From: a bacterium
GTDB lineage: Bacteria; Desulfobacterota; DSWW01
NCBI GenBank assembly: GCA_040756235.1
Contig: JBFLZG010000126.1
Span: 128,001 to 192,000, forward strand
Reading direction: 5' to 3'
Length of the DNA: 64,000 nucleotides
Shown here: piece by piece, positions 20,793 to 29,734 of the stretch
Layout of the letters: the number at the start of each line of letters is the position of its first letter
How positions within the stretch are numbered: position 1 is the first letter of the stretch
The notes under the pieces: model-generated
Databases searched by the model: none
What the model saw: the letters and a program-made list of their open reading frames with translations, nothing else
What the model was told of the DNA's origin: nothing
Made by a program: the position numbers and the translations under genes

Positions 20793-21700
20793 GCCAGGAG
20801 ATCCTTTTGACCGAAACAACGACGCCGGCGGGCCTCTCCGTGGTGGTGCCCGTCTACAATGAAGAGAAAGCGATCGGGGCGGTGATCGACGAGATCCTCG
20901 AGTCTCTCGAGCGCGCCGGACGCCCCTACGAGATCATCGCGGTGGATGACGGGTCCAGGGACCGGACCGCAGAGATCCTCAAGGAAAAGCCGGTGCGCGT
21001 GCTGTCGCACCCGCGCAACCGGGGATACGGAGCGGCGCTCAAGACCGGGATCTCCGCAGCCAGGCACGGCCGCGTGGCCATCGTGGACGGTGACGGCACG
21101 TATGAGCCGGGCGACCTCGGCCGGCTCATGGATTCCATGCAGGGCTGCGACATGGTCGTCGGGGCGAGAATCGGCAAGAGGGTACAGATTCCGTGGAGCC
21201 GGAGGCCGGCCAAGTGGGTGCTGACGAAGTTGGCCAACCTGCTGACCGATACCAAGATCCCGGACCTCAATTCGGGTTTCCGCATCATGGACAAAGCCGT
21301 GGCCGAGAAATTCTTCGCCATCCTGCCGGCGAATTTCTCCTTCACCAGCACGATCACGATGGCGCTGCTGATCAACGGCTACGACGTGAAGTTCGTCCAG
21401 ACCGGCTACCGCAAGCGCCAGGGCAAGTCCAAGATCAGGCCCGTTCAGGACACCGTGAACTTCCTGTCCCTGATCCTGCGCACGGGCCTCTATTTCGCGC
21501 CCCTCAAGGTCTTCCTCCCCATGAGCCTGTTCATCATCGCCTTGAGCCTTCTCAAGATGACCCTGGTGGACATCCTGCTCATCCAGAACATGACCGACTC
21601 CACCCTTCTCCTGCTGCTGGGCGGGGTTCAGGTCGGCATGCTCGGGCTCCTGGCCGACCTGATCGACAAGAGAAGCCCTCCCCTCTGGAAGAAGAAGTAG
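20789..21700 (+). CDS. GT2, polyprenyl-phosphate sugar synthase-like, two C-terminal TMs
   Basis: 'VVVPVYNEE', 'VDDGSRDRT', 'NRGYGAALKTG', 'DGDGTY', 'DLNSGFR', 'RQGKSKI'. Confidence 0.88.
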   Translation: MSQEILLTETTTPAGLSVVVPVYNEEKAIGAVIDEILESLERAGRPYEIIAVDDGSRDRTAEILKEKPVRVLSHPRNRGYGAALKTGISAARHGRVAIVDGDGTYEPGDLGRLMDSMQGCDMVVGARIGKRVQIPWSRRPAKWVLTKLANLLTDTKIPDLNSGFRIMDKAVAEKFFAILPANFSFTSTITMALLINGYDVKFVQTGYRKRQGKSKIRPVQDTVNFLSLILRTGLYFAPLKVFLPMSLFIIALSLLKMTLVDILLIQNMTDSTLLLLLGGVQVGMLGLLADLIDKRSPPLWKKK

Positions 21701-21708
21701 CCCGGGCC

Positions 21709-22515
21709 ATGCCGCCGGAAGCTCCCTCTCTGAAGATCCTGAAGATCGGCGGTTCCGTCCTCACGGATCGCAGCGTGGAGCGTCCCCGGGTGCGAAGAGC
21801 TCTCCTGGCGAGACTGGCTGCCGAAATCGCCGCCGCCTGGCGGGCCGGCGGCTTCCGGCTGCTGCTCATTCACGGAGCCGGATCGTTCGGGCACCCCATC
21901 GTGAGGCGAACGGGGATCGAGCGCGGCCTCGCCAACGAATCCCACAGGATCGCGTTCGCGGAGACACAGAGGCTGCAGAGCGTTCTGAACGGCATCGTCG
22001 TCCGTGCCCTCCTGCGCGAAGGTCTCCCCGCCTTCCCCTTCCAGGCCTCCGCCAATGCCGTCCTCGAGAGAGGCGAGATCCGCTCCTTCTCGCTGGAAGC
22101 GGTCGCGGGGCTGCTGTCGTGGGGGCTCGTTCCGGTGCTCAACGGTGTGCCCGCCGTGGATGTGGAGCGCGGCTGCTCGATCCTGTCCGGGGACGTGCTC
22201 GCCGGCCATCTGGCCGCTCGGCTCGGGGCAGTCGAGCTCCTGCACGGCACCGACGTGAGGGGCATCTACTCGGCCGACCCTGCGACCGACCCCGCGGCTC
22301 GTTTCCTGCCGCAGATCGACTTGCGGGCGGGCGGCGTGTTGCCGACCGGCATCGGCGGCTCGACCGCCACGGACGTGACGGGAGGAATGCGCAAGAAGCT
22401 GGAGGAGTTGGGCAAGACCAAGGCCCGGTGCCAGGTGTTCGATGCCACGTTCGTCGGAAACGTGCGACGAGCGCTCTCGGGCGGGATCGTGGGCACTCTC
22501 GTGGTCTGCGACTAG
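21709..22515 (+). CDS. ipk: Isopentenyl phosphate kinase (amino-acid-kinase fold, archaeal-type)
   Basis: 'LKIGGSVLTD', IPK signature 'HGAGSFGH', 'SILSGD', 'TDVRGIY', 'DVTGGM..K'. Confidence 0.85.
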   Translation: MPPEAPSLKILKIGGSVLTDRSVERPRVRRALLARLAAEIAAAWRAGGFRLLLIHGAGSFGHPIVRRTGIERGLANESHRIAFAETQRLQSVLNGIVVRALLREGLPAFPFQASANAVLERGEIRSFSLEAVAGLLSWGLVPVLNGVPAVDVERGCSILSGDVLAGHLAARLGAVELLHGTDVRGIYSADPATDPAARFLPQIDLRAGGVLPTGIGGSTATDVTGGMRKKLEELGKTKARCQVFDATFVGNVRRALSGGIVGTLVVCD

Positions 22516-23462
22516 GAGCTCACCTGGATGGCGAACGCCCCGTAGCCCAGCGCCCTGATGCTGCGCGCCAGCCTGCCCGCCTGAGTCGGGTTCTCGACCA
22601 GCGCGATCAGGGATCCGCCGCCCCCGGCACCGGTCAGCTTGGCCCCGAGGGATCCCCCGGACCGGCAGAGGGATACGAGCCTGTCCAGGGTGTCGTTCGA
22701 TGCCCCGATCTCCCGCAACATTTCGTGGCCCCGATCCATCAGGCGGCCCAGCTCACGGGGCGCGCCGTGCTCCAGGGCGGTTCGCGCCTCCAGGGCCAGA
22801 GCGGAAGCCTGGCTGCAGAGATCGTGGAAACGCGACGGGTCTTCCGACGCGAACCGGGCGACCTTGCGGACCTGGTCCTTGGTGAGAGAGGGGCTGCCCG
22901 AATTGACGACGACCAGCCGGATCGGGGCGCCGGGTCGAAGAAACTCCCAGGGGTGTTCCCGGCCTCTGCAGTACCAGAGAACGCGTCCGAACGTGGAGAC
23001 CGTGTTGTCGATGCCCGAAGGATTGCTGGCGAACACCTTTTCTCCTTCGTAAGCCACGGTGTTGATCTGGTCGTCGGACCAGACGTGTCCGAGGGCCCGG
23101 CAGAGGGCCTTGGTGGCAGCCACGCAGAAGGCCGCGCTCGAGCCGAGCCCGCTCCAGCCGTAGAGGGACCCCCTGCACTCCAGGCGCACCCGGGTGCGCC
23201 CCGCAGAGGCCCCGCAGGACTCGAGTATGCGCCGCACCGCCTCCGCCAGGAAGGGGTCGGAAGTCGTCCTCGGCTTCTTTTCCCCAGGGGCGCGCATGAG
23301 GATCTCGAGCCCCGTTCCTTGGCGCAAAGTTGCGGCCACCGAAAGCGGTCGCAGCACGGGGACGGCGATTGCAGGTACTCCATAGACCACGAAGTGCTCG
23401 TTGACGAGGATCGCTTTGCGGAAGCCGGCTCCTGTTCCGGTCCCGATGACTGGGGTCCTCAT
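22512..23462 (-). CDS. mvk: Mevalonate kinase (GHMP family)
   Basis: AGGAGA RBS; 'KAILVNEHFVVYG', 'SGLGSSAA', 'NPSGIDNT', 'GAKLTGAGGGG'; stop overlaps ipk stop (CTAG 22512-22515). Confidence 0.88.
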   Translation of the reverse strand: MRTPVIGTGTGAGFRKAILVNEHFVVYGVPAIAVPVLRPLSVAATLRQGTGLEILMRAPGEKKPRTTSDPFLAEAVRRILESCGASAGRTRVRLECRGSLYGWSGLGSSAAFCVAATKALCRALGHVWSDDQINTVAYEGEKVFASNPSGIDNTVSTFGRVLWYCRGREHPWEFLRPGAPIRLVVVNSGSPSLTKDQVRKVARFASEDPSRFHDLCSQASALALEARTALEHGAPRELGRLMDRGHEMLREIGASNDTLDRLVSLCRSGGSLGAKLTGAGGGGSLIALVENPTQAGRLARSIRALGYGAFAIQVSS

Positions 23463-23492
23463 GCTCTCCTTCCCTGTCCCGGCAGAATGTGG

Positions 23493-23550
23493 TTGAAGAC
23501 ACGGATGCAGAATGCTAGCATAAAATAGCATTCATCCACATATATATCAG
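23493..23550. promoter_or_regulatory. Overlapping divergent sigma-70-like promoters / palindrome between mvk and AlkP gene
   Basis: + strand TTGAAG(23493)-17-TAGCAT(23516) with TG extension; - strand CTGATA-17-TATTTT(23527-23522) with TG extension; inverted repeat GAATGCTA-N8-TAGCATTC at 23510-23533; AT-rich patch. Confidence 0.55.
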
Positions 23551-23600
23551 GATCCGAACGCAACACGGGCGGGTCCGGATCCCGTCCTGGAGACCAGGCG

Positions 23601-25991
23601 ATGGCCATGGCCGCCGTCCTCCCGTCGATCGCCGCGCCGCGCAGGCCCCAGGCGACGAGCTGCCTGAAGGCAGCCTCGCTGCTGGTTTTCGTCTTCGCCG
23701 CTGCGCGGCCGGCGTACGGCTACATCGGGCCCGGCGCCGGGTTCGCCCTCCTGGTGCCTTTCTTCTCGTTCTTCGTCGTCTTTCTGCTGACCCTGGCAGC
23801 CCTCCTGAGCTGGCCTTTTCGGCTCCTGTTGGGCGCGGCCAGGAAGCCTGCGGCTCGTCCGGACCGCAAGGTGCGAAGGGCGATCGTCATCGGCTTTGAC
23901 GGCATGGAGCCCGGCCTCGCTGAGCGCTTCATGGGACAAGGCCTGCTGCCGAACCTGTCCGGGCTGCGCGAGCAGGGGACCTTTTGTCCGCTCGGGACCA
24001 CGCTTCCGGCCCTTTCGCCGGTCGCGTGGTCGACTTTCCAGACCGGGGTGAACCCCGGCAAGCACGCCATCTTCGACTTCATCAGGAGGGACGCGCGCAC
24101 CTACCTCGGGAAGCTGTCCTCGGCGCGCATTCGACCGCCCAGGCGCCGCCTGCGGCTCAAAGGCATCCATGTCCCTCTGGGCAAACCGGTCCTGCAAGGC
24201 TTGCGCAGATCCAAACCGTTCTGGGCCATCCTGGGCGAGAAGGGCGTCTCCAGCATCATCCTGCGGGTACCGATTACCTTCCCTCCGGAGCCGTTCCAGG
24301 GGATGAGCCTGTCCGGCATGTGTGTCCCGGACCTGCAAGGAACCCAGGGCTCGTTCTCGTACTACACCGATCGGCCGGACTCCATGATCGGTACGGACGC
24401 GGCCAAGACCATCCGCGTGCGGTGGAACGGCCTCAGTCTCGACACCTGCATACCCGGCCCGCCCCACCCGTTCAGACCGTCCGCTGGGAGGCTGCAATGC
24501 CCGCTACGACTGGAGCGCCGGGAAAGCTCGCTGACGATCCGGGTGAACGGCACCCGCCGCAGCCTTGCGGTCGGTGAATACACGCCCTGGATGGCCGTTC
24601 CGTTCCGAGCCGGGCCCTTCAGGATCCGCGGCACGGTCCGGTTCTATCTCAAGCAGCTCCGGCCCTACTTCGATCTCTACCTGACGCCCGTCAACATCGA
24701 TCCGGCCTTTCCCTCCCTGCCGATCTCCCATCCGCGCGGATTTTCCGTCTATCTGGCCAAGAAGAAAGGGCCCTTTGCCACCCTCGGGCTGGCCGAGGAC
24801 ACCTCCGGCCTGAACGAGGGAGTCCTGGACGATCAGGCTTTTCTCCGGCAGTGTTACGACATTCACCGGGAAAGGGAAGAGGTCTTCTGGGACGCTCTGG
24901 ACCACGTTCGCGACGGGCTCCTGGTCTCGGTGTTCGATTTGACGGACCGCGTGCAACACATGTTCTGGCGCGACGAAGACCGGCTGCATCCCGCGCGGCC
25001 GCCGGACCGGGACGCAACCTCACCCAACGCGCTGGAGGAGGTCTATCGCAAGGCCGATGCTTTCCTGGGCAAGCTCCTGGACCGAATCGGCCCGGACACC
25101 CTGCTGCTGGTGATTTCGGACCACGGGTTCGCCTCCTTCCGACGGGCGGTGAACCTGAACACCTGGCTCCAGCGCGAGGGCTATCTGGCCTTTCAGGGCT
25201 CCGGGGAGCCAGGAGAGTGGTTCAAGGGTGTGGACTGGTCGCGCACCAGGGCGTTTGCCCTGGGGCTTTGCGGTGTGTACCTGAACCTGCGCGGCAGAGA
25301 GCGTTCCGGCACCGTTCAGCCGGGTGCGGAAGCTCGGCGGCTCCGAAGGGAAATCGCGTGCAGGCTGAAGGATCTCCAGGACCCCCGGAACGGGGCCCGC
25401 CCCATCCACGGCGTGTTCGAGGCCGTGAGCTCTTACCGCGGACCTTACAGGGACGAGGCTCCCGACCTGCTCGTGACCTTTCGGGAAGGATACAGGGTCT
25501 CCTGGGAGTCGGCGACGGGTCAGGTCTCGGACGCCGTCTTCGCGGACAATACGAGGTGCTGGAGCGGCGATCACTGCCTGCGGCCGGACCTGATTCCGGG
25601 GGTGTTCTTTTCAAATCGAAAGCTCTTGAGCCCGCGGCCCCGGCTTCTGGATCTGGCGCCGACCCTGCTGGCCGCGTTCGGCATCGAGCCGCCGGCCTAC
25701 ATGGACGGGCGGGCCATGGAGCTCGACTGGGACAGGGGCGCCGGGGAATCCCGCGACGGCCCGCACACGAAGATCCGTGCGGCGGCGCCGCAGAGAGAGG
25801 AGCGCATGGCGCGGAAAATAAAGATTGACGGGGATTTGATGAGAAGGTTAATGCAGTGTAGCAGAGCCGCGGGATACACGTCCGCAGAGGAGTTCGTCGC
25901 CCACGTGCTCGAGAAAGAGATCGCCAGGCAGGAAGCCGGAGACGAAGAAGAGGTGAGCCGCAAACTGAAAGGTCTCGGGTACATCTCCTGA
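23601..25991 (+). CDS. AlkP-superfamily nucleotide pyrophosphatase/phosphodiesterase-like protein with N-terminal 'YIGPGAG' TM and fused C-terminal small LGY domain
   Basis: 'VIGFDG', 'PALSPVAWSTFQTGVNPGKHAIFDF', 'TDRVQHMFW', 'ISDHGF', 'WSGDH'; ends 'EEEVSRKLKGLGYIS'. Confidence 0.85.
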   Translation: MAMAAVLPSIAAPRRPQATSCLKAASLLVFVFAAARPAYGYIGPGAGFALLVPFFSFFVVFLLTLAALLSWPFRLLLGAARKPAARPDRKVRRAIVIGFDGMEPGLAERFMGQGLLPNLSGLREQGTFCPLGTTLPALSPVAWSTFQTGVNPGKHAIFDFIRRDARTYLGKLSSARIRPPRRRLRLKGIHVPLGKPVLQGLRRSKPFWAILGEKGVSSIILRVPITFPPEPFQGMSLSGMCVPDLQGTQGSFSYYTDRPDSMIGTDAAKTIRVRWNGLSLDTCIPGPPHPFRPSAGRLQCPLRLERRESSLTIRVNGTRRSLAVGEYTPWMAVPFRAGPFRIRGTVRFYLKQLRPYFDLYLTPVNIDPAFPSLPISHPRGFSVYLAKKKGPFATLGLAEDTSGLNEGVLDDQAFLRQCYDIHREREEVFWDALDHVRDGLLVSVFDLTDRVQHMFWRDEDRLHPARPPDRDATSPNALEEVYRKADAFLGKLLDRIGPDTLLLVISDHGFASFRRAVNLNTWLQREGYLAFQGSGEPGEWFKGVDWSRTRAFALGLCGVYLNLRGRERSGTVQPGAEARRLRREIACRLKDLQDPRNGARPIHGVFEAVSSYRGPYRDEAPDLLVTFREGYRVSWESATGQVSDAVFADNTRCWSGDHCLRPDLIPGVFFSNRKLLSPRPRLLDLAPTLLAAFGIEPPAYMDGRAMELDWDRGAGESRDGPHTKIRAAAPQREERMARKIKIDGDLMRRLMQCSRAAGYTSAEEFVAHVLEKEIARQEAGDEEEVSRKLKGLGYIS

Positions 25992-26090
25992 TCGGGCTGC
26001 CCCCCGGGCGCGGCTGGCGCTGCGCAGCCCGGCGCGGCCCGCGCGCTTCCTGGCCGAACGAACGAAGGAACATCTGAGAACAGGTACTCC

Positions 26091-26927
26091 GTGCGACATC
26101 TCGAACACATTCAGAAGGCTCTCGGCTCCGGGCTTGCCTTTGTCCTGGACCCTCTCTCGGGCCAGCCGCAGATCTGGTCCGTCGCTCTGATGGCCCTCCT
26201 CACGTCCGTGCTGGCGCTTTCGGTCTATCGACGGTTTTCCTCCAGGAACGAGATGGAGGCCTCCCGAGACCGCGTGCAAAGCTCGCTGCTGGAGGTGCGC
26301 CTCTTCAGGGAGGACCCGGTCCTCATGGCCAGGGCGGTGGGCTCTCTGGCGCGAGCCAACCTGACCCACGTGCGACTTCACCTCAAACCTCTGCTCATCC
26401 TTTTCCTCCCGGTCGCAGCGGTCCTGGCGTGCTGTGAGGGAAGGTTCGGCTATCGCCCCTTTCTGCCGGGGGAGCCCATCCTGTTCAAGACGTTCTGGAA
26501 GTCGGCGGCTCTGTCGGGCGAAGCGACACCGGATATCGTGGTCCCGCCGGAGTTGACCGTGGAGACGCCGCCCCTCCGGCTGGCCGGCCGTGGTGAAGTG
26601 GACTGGCGCCTCAGCGCCCTGCGGACGGGGGAGCACACGTTTTCTCTCAAGAGCTCCCAGGGCTTTTATGAAGGTACGATTTCGGTCTCGAGCAGGGCCC
26701 GGCAGGTTGCGGCCCGGACCCGGACCTTGCTGTTCCGGGAGTCCATCGTCCATCCCCCCTCGGAGGGGATCGCCGAGGCTGCCGCGGAGCTGGATGCCGT
26801 GGAAATCGCCTACCCGCGTCGGAGCTGGACCGTGCTCGGCCGCGAGTGGGACTGGATCTGGATTTTTCTGGCTCTGACCTTTCTTTCCGGCTATCTGATG
26901 AAGGGTTGGTTCGGGGTGCAGTTTTAG
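26091..26927 (+). CDS. Membrane protein, possibly DUF106/EMC3-TMCO1-like
   Basis: TM1, amphipathic/coiled segment 'SSRNEMEASRDRVQSSLLEVRLFREDP', 'LKPLLIL..P' TM2, beta-rich insert, 'WDWIWIF' TM3. Confidence 0.55.
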   Translation: MRHLEHIQKALGSGLAFVLDPLSGQPQIWSVALMALLTSVLALSVYRRFSSRNEMEASRDRVQSSLLEVRLFREDPVLMARAVGSLARANLTHVRLHLKPLLILFLPVAAVLACCEGRFGYRPFLPGEPILFKTFWKSAALSGEATPDIVVPPELTVETPPLRLAGRGEVDWRLSALRTGEHTFSLKSSQGFYEGTISVSSRARQVAARTRTLLFRESIVHPPSEGIAEAAAELDAVEIAYPRRSWTVLGREWDWIWIFLALTFLSGYLMKGWFGVQF

Positions 26928-27020
26928 CCTCCGGGAGCCGCATTCCCGCAGAGGCTCCTGAAAGCTCGGGGATGCATGGCTACTTGCTTCCATGCGCTCG
27001 TGGGGATGCGAGGTCGAAGG

Positions 27021-28007
27021 ATGACGGGAAAGGTTCTGGTGGCAGGAGGTGCGGGCTACATCGGGAGCGTCGCGGTTGCGAAGCTTCTGGACGCGGGCCA
27101 TGCGGTCGCGGTGTTCGACTCTCTGGAACGGGGGCACCGCAAGGCGGTCGATGAAAGGGCCGAGCTCCACCTGGGCGATCTGGGAGACCGCCGGCGCATT
27201 TTCGAGGTCTGCCGTCAGGTGCAGCCGTCGGTGGCGATGCATTTCTCCGCATACGCGCTGGTCGGGGAGTCCATGCAGAACCCGTCTCTGTACTTCCGGA
27301 ACAACTTTGCGTCGGGCCTCCATCTCCTGGACGCCCTGGTCGAGGTCGGCGCCGGGATGCTGGTGTTCTCCTCTACCTGCGCCACCTTCGGCGTGCCGGA
27401 GAAGCTGCCCATCACCGAGGAAAACCGCCAGGCGCCCACCAATCCGTACGGAGAGAGCAAGCTGATGTTCGAGCGGGCGCTGCGCTGGTATGACGCCGTA
27501 CACGGCCTCAAACACGTGGCGCTACGGTATTTCAACGCTGCCGGGGCGACGCGCCGGCTCGGAGAAGACCATGATCCGGAAACCCACCTCATCCCGAACG
27601 TCCTGCGGGTCGCCCTGGGCCAAGCCCCGTCCGTCTCGATCTACGGGACCGACTATCCGACGGCGGACGGCACCTGTATCCGCGACTACATCCATATCGA
27701 GGACCTGTGCGACGCTCACTTGCTCGCCATGAAGCTGGACCGCAGCGCACAATACAATCTCGGGAACGGGGCCGGTTACTCCGTTCTGCAGGTGGTCGAG
27801 ACCGCGCGCCGCATCACCGGACATCCGATTCCGCTGAAGGCGGACGCGCGCCGACCCGGCGATCCTCCGTCCCTGGTCGGCTCGTCCGAGAAGATCCGGC
27901 GCGAGCTGGGGTGGAGGCCCGGACATCCGGAGTTGGGCGATATCATCGAGAGCGCCTGGAGGTGGCACAAGGAACATCCCGCAGGCTATCAGGACAGGCA
28001 TCCTTGA
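27021..28007 (+). CDS. galE: UDP-glucose 4-epimerase
   Basis: 'GGAGYIGS', 'VGESMQNP', 'PTNPYGESK', 'LRYFNAAGA', 'GEDHDPETHLIP', 'DGTCIRDYIH'. Confidence 0.93.
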   Translation: MTGKVLVAGGAGYIGSVAVAKLLDAGHAVAVFDSLERGHRKAVDERAELHLGDLGDRRRIFEVCRQVQPSVAMHFSAYALVGESMQNPSLYFRNNFASGLHLLDALVEVGAGMLVFSSTCATFGVPEKLPITEENRQAPTNPYGESKLMFERALRWYDAVHGLKHVALRYFNAAGATRRLGEDHDPETHLIPNVLRVALGQAPSVSIYGTDYPTADGTCIRDYIHIEDLCDAHLLAMKLDRSAQYNLGNGAGYSVLQVVETARRITGHPIPLKADARRPGDPPSLVGSSEKIRRELGWRPGHPELGDIIESAWRWHKEHPAGYQDRHP

Positions 28008-28136
28008 GAGCTCACGCAAGAATCACACTGCAGGGGAAGAGCCGAGGGGTCGGGCGGGTGTCCCCCGCCGGACCGGGCCGGCGACGGTTCCAGCCGATCC
28101 TGGGCCAAGGTCGAGCGCATTTGGAGGGGTTCGCCC

Positions 28137-29660
28137 ATGCTTGAAGCGATCCACCGCAAGAGCGTTCAGGAGGGGTGCAAGAAGCCGGTCCAAGCGATCC
28201 TGCCGTTCGAGACGGCGCTTGCGAGGCCGAGCTTCCTTCGAAACCACTACCAGGATCTGGTTACGTCCCTGGAGATGGGAATCGATTACCTGACCCTGTT
28301 CGCCACCTTCCTCGGGGCCCGATGGCTCTACCGCCTCCTGGATCTGGCGCGGTTTTCGGACGTGGGGCGGCCGGGGCTGGAACACTTGAGCCACCTTTTC
28401 CTGCTGCAGGTCGCGGTGGCTTGCGGCATGACCGTCCTGCTCTTCCGGTTGATGGGCCTGTACACGAAGAAGATCAGCCTGCTCAACATCGACCAGATGA
28501 GGCGGCTGTTTCAATCGATTCTTCTCCTGACGGTCCTGGTGTTTGCCGTCTCCTTCTATTTTCGGATCCCGTACTCGCGGATGCTGATCACGACCTGGCT
28601 CCTGCTGACGCTGCTGGTGATGAGCATCGAGAAAGCGCTTTTCTACAAGGTGCATCAGCATCTCTACGTCAAGGGCCTGAACGTCAAGCGTACGGTGATC
28701 TACGGGGCGGGCGAGATCGGGAGGAAATTCTACAAGAAGATCACCTTTTACCCGAAGCTCGGCTATCGTGCCATCGGCTTCCTGGACGACGAGGTGACTT
28801 CCTTCGCGGAAGAGATCAACCGCATGGAACACGACCGGAGCTCGGTGCCTCGGGTCCTGGGGACCTCCCGCGACCTGGAGCGGGTCGTACGGGAGTTCGG
28901 CGTGGATGAGCTTCTCATCGCTCACAAGAACCTCTCATCGGAACAGGTCCTGGATCTGACGAATCGATGCCGCCAGCTCGGGATCGGCTTCAAGATCATC
29001 CCTCAGTTGCTGGGGCATTTCATCGAGAACCTTTCCCTCCAGGACATCGGCGGGCTTCCTTTGATCGGCGAGAAGCAGATATCCATTCCGGCATTCGATC
29101 TGGCCGTGAAGCGCGCGATGGACATCGTGTTCTCGGCCTTTGCCTGCCTGTTCTTTCTTCCCCTCTTCCTCCTCCTGGTCGCTTTGATCAAGCTGGACTC
29201 GCCCGGGCCCGCGATCTTTCGCCAGAAGCGCGTGGGGAAAGGAGGGAAGGAGTTCACCATGCACAAGTTTCGCACCATGCGGGTGGACGCGCCAGCCTAT
29301 TCGCCGTGCCCGAAAGACTCTCATGATCCGCGCATCACCCGGGTCGGGAGGTTCCTGAGGAAGACGAGCCTGGACGAGCTGCCGCAGTTCTTGAACGTGC
29401 TCCGAGGCGAGATGAGCCTGGTCGGGCCGCGGCCTGAGATGCCGTTCATCGTGGCCACGTACAATCCCCTCCACCGCAAGCGCCTCACCATGAAACCGGG
29501 GATCACGGGCCTGTGGCAGATCAGCGCCGACCGCAGCCTGGCCATCCACGACAACATCGACTACGACATCTACTACGTCGACAACTTCTCGATCCTGCTC
29601 GACATCGCCATCATCGCGCGGACCATCCTCTACGCGCTCATCGCCATGAAGACGGCCTGA
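28137..29660 (+). CDS. Priming polyprenyl-phosphate hexose-1-phosphate transferase (WcaJ/WbaP-like)
   Basis: GGAGG RBS; 4 N-terminal TMs, 'IYGAG' domain, 'KRAMDI', 'KFRTM', '[21 protein letters not shown]', '[11 protein letters not shown]', 'KPGITGLWQ'. Confidence 0.93.
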   Translation: MLEAIHRKSVQEGCKKPVQAILPFETALARPSFLRNHYQDLVTSLEMGIDYLTLFATFLGARWLYRLLDLARFSDVGRPGLEHLSHLFLLQVAVACGMTVLLFRLMGLYTKKISLLNIDQMRRLFQSILLLTVLVFAVSFYFRIPYSRMLITTWLLLTLLVMSIEKALFYKVHQHLYVKGLNVKRTVIYGAGEIGRKFYKKITFYPKLGYRAIGFLDDEVTSFAEEINRMEHDRSSVPRVLGTSRDLERVVREFGVDELLIAHKNLSSEQVLDLTNRCRQLGIGFKIIPQLLGHFIENLSLQDIGGLPLIGEKQISIPAFDLAVKRAMDIVFSAFACLFFLPLFLLLVALIKLDSPGPAIFRQKRVGKGGKEFTMHKFRTMRVDAPAYSPCPKDSHDPRITRVGRFLRKTSLDELPQFLNVLRGEMSLVGPRPEMPFIVATYNPLHRKRLTMKPGITGLWQISADRSLAIHDNIDYDIYYVDNFSILLDIAIIARTILYALIAMKTA

Positions 29661-29734
29661 TCGGAAACGAAACGGCCGGGAGAGCGGACCGCGGAAACCG
29701 GCCCGAGAGGCGGAGGATGCCTTGGCGGCCGGCT

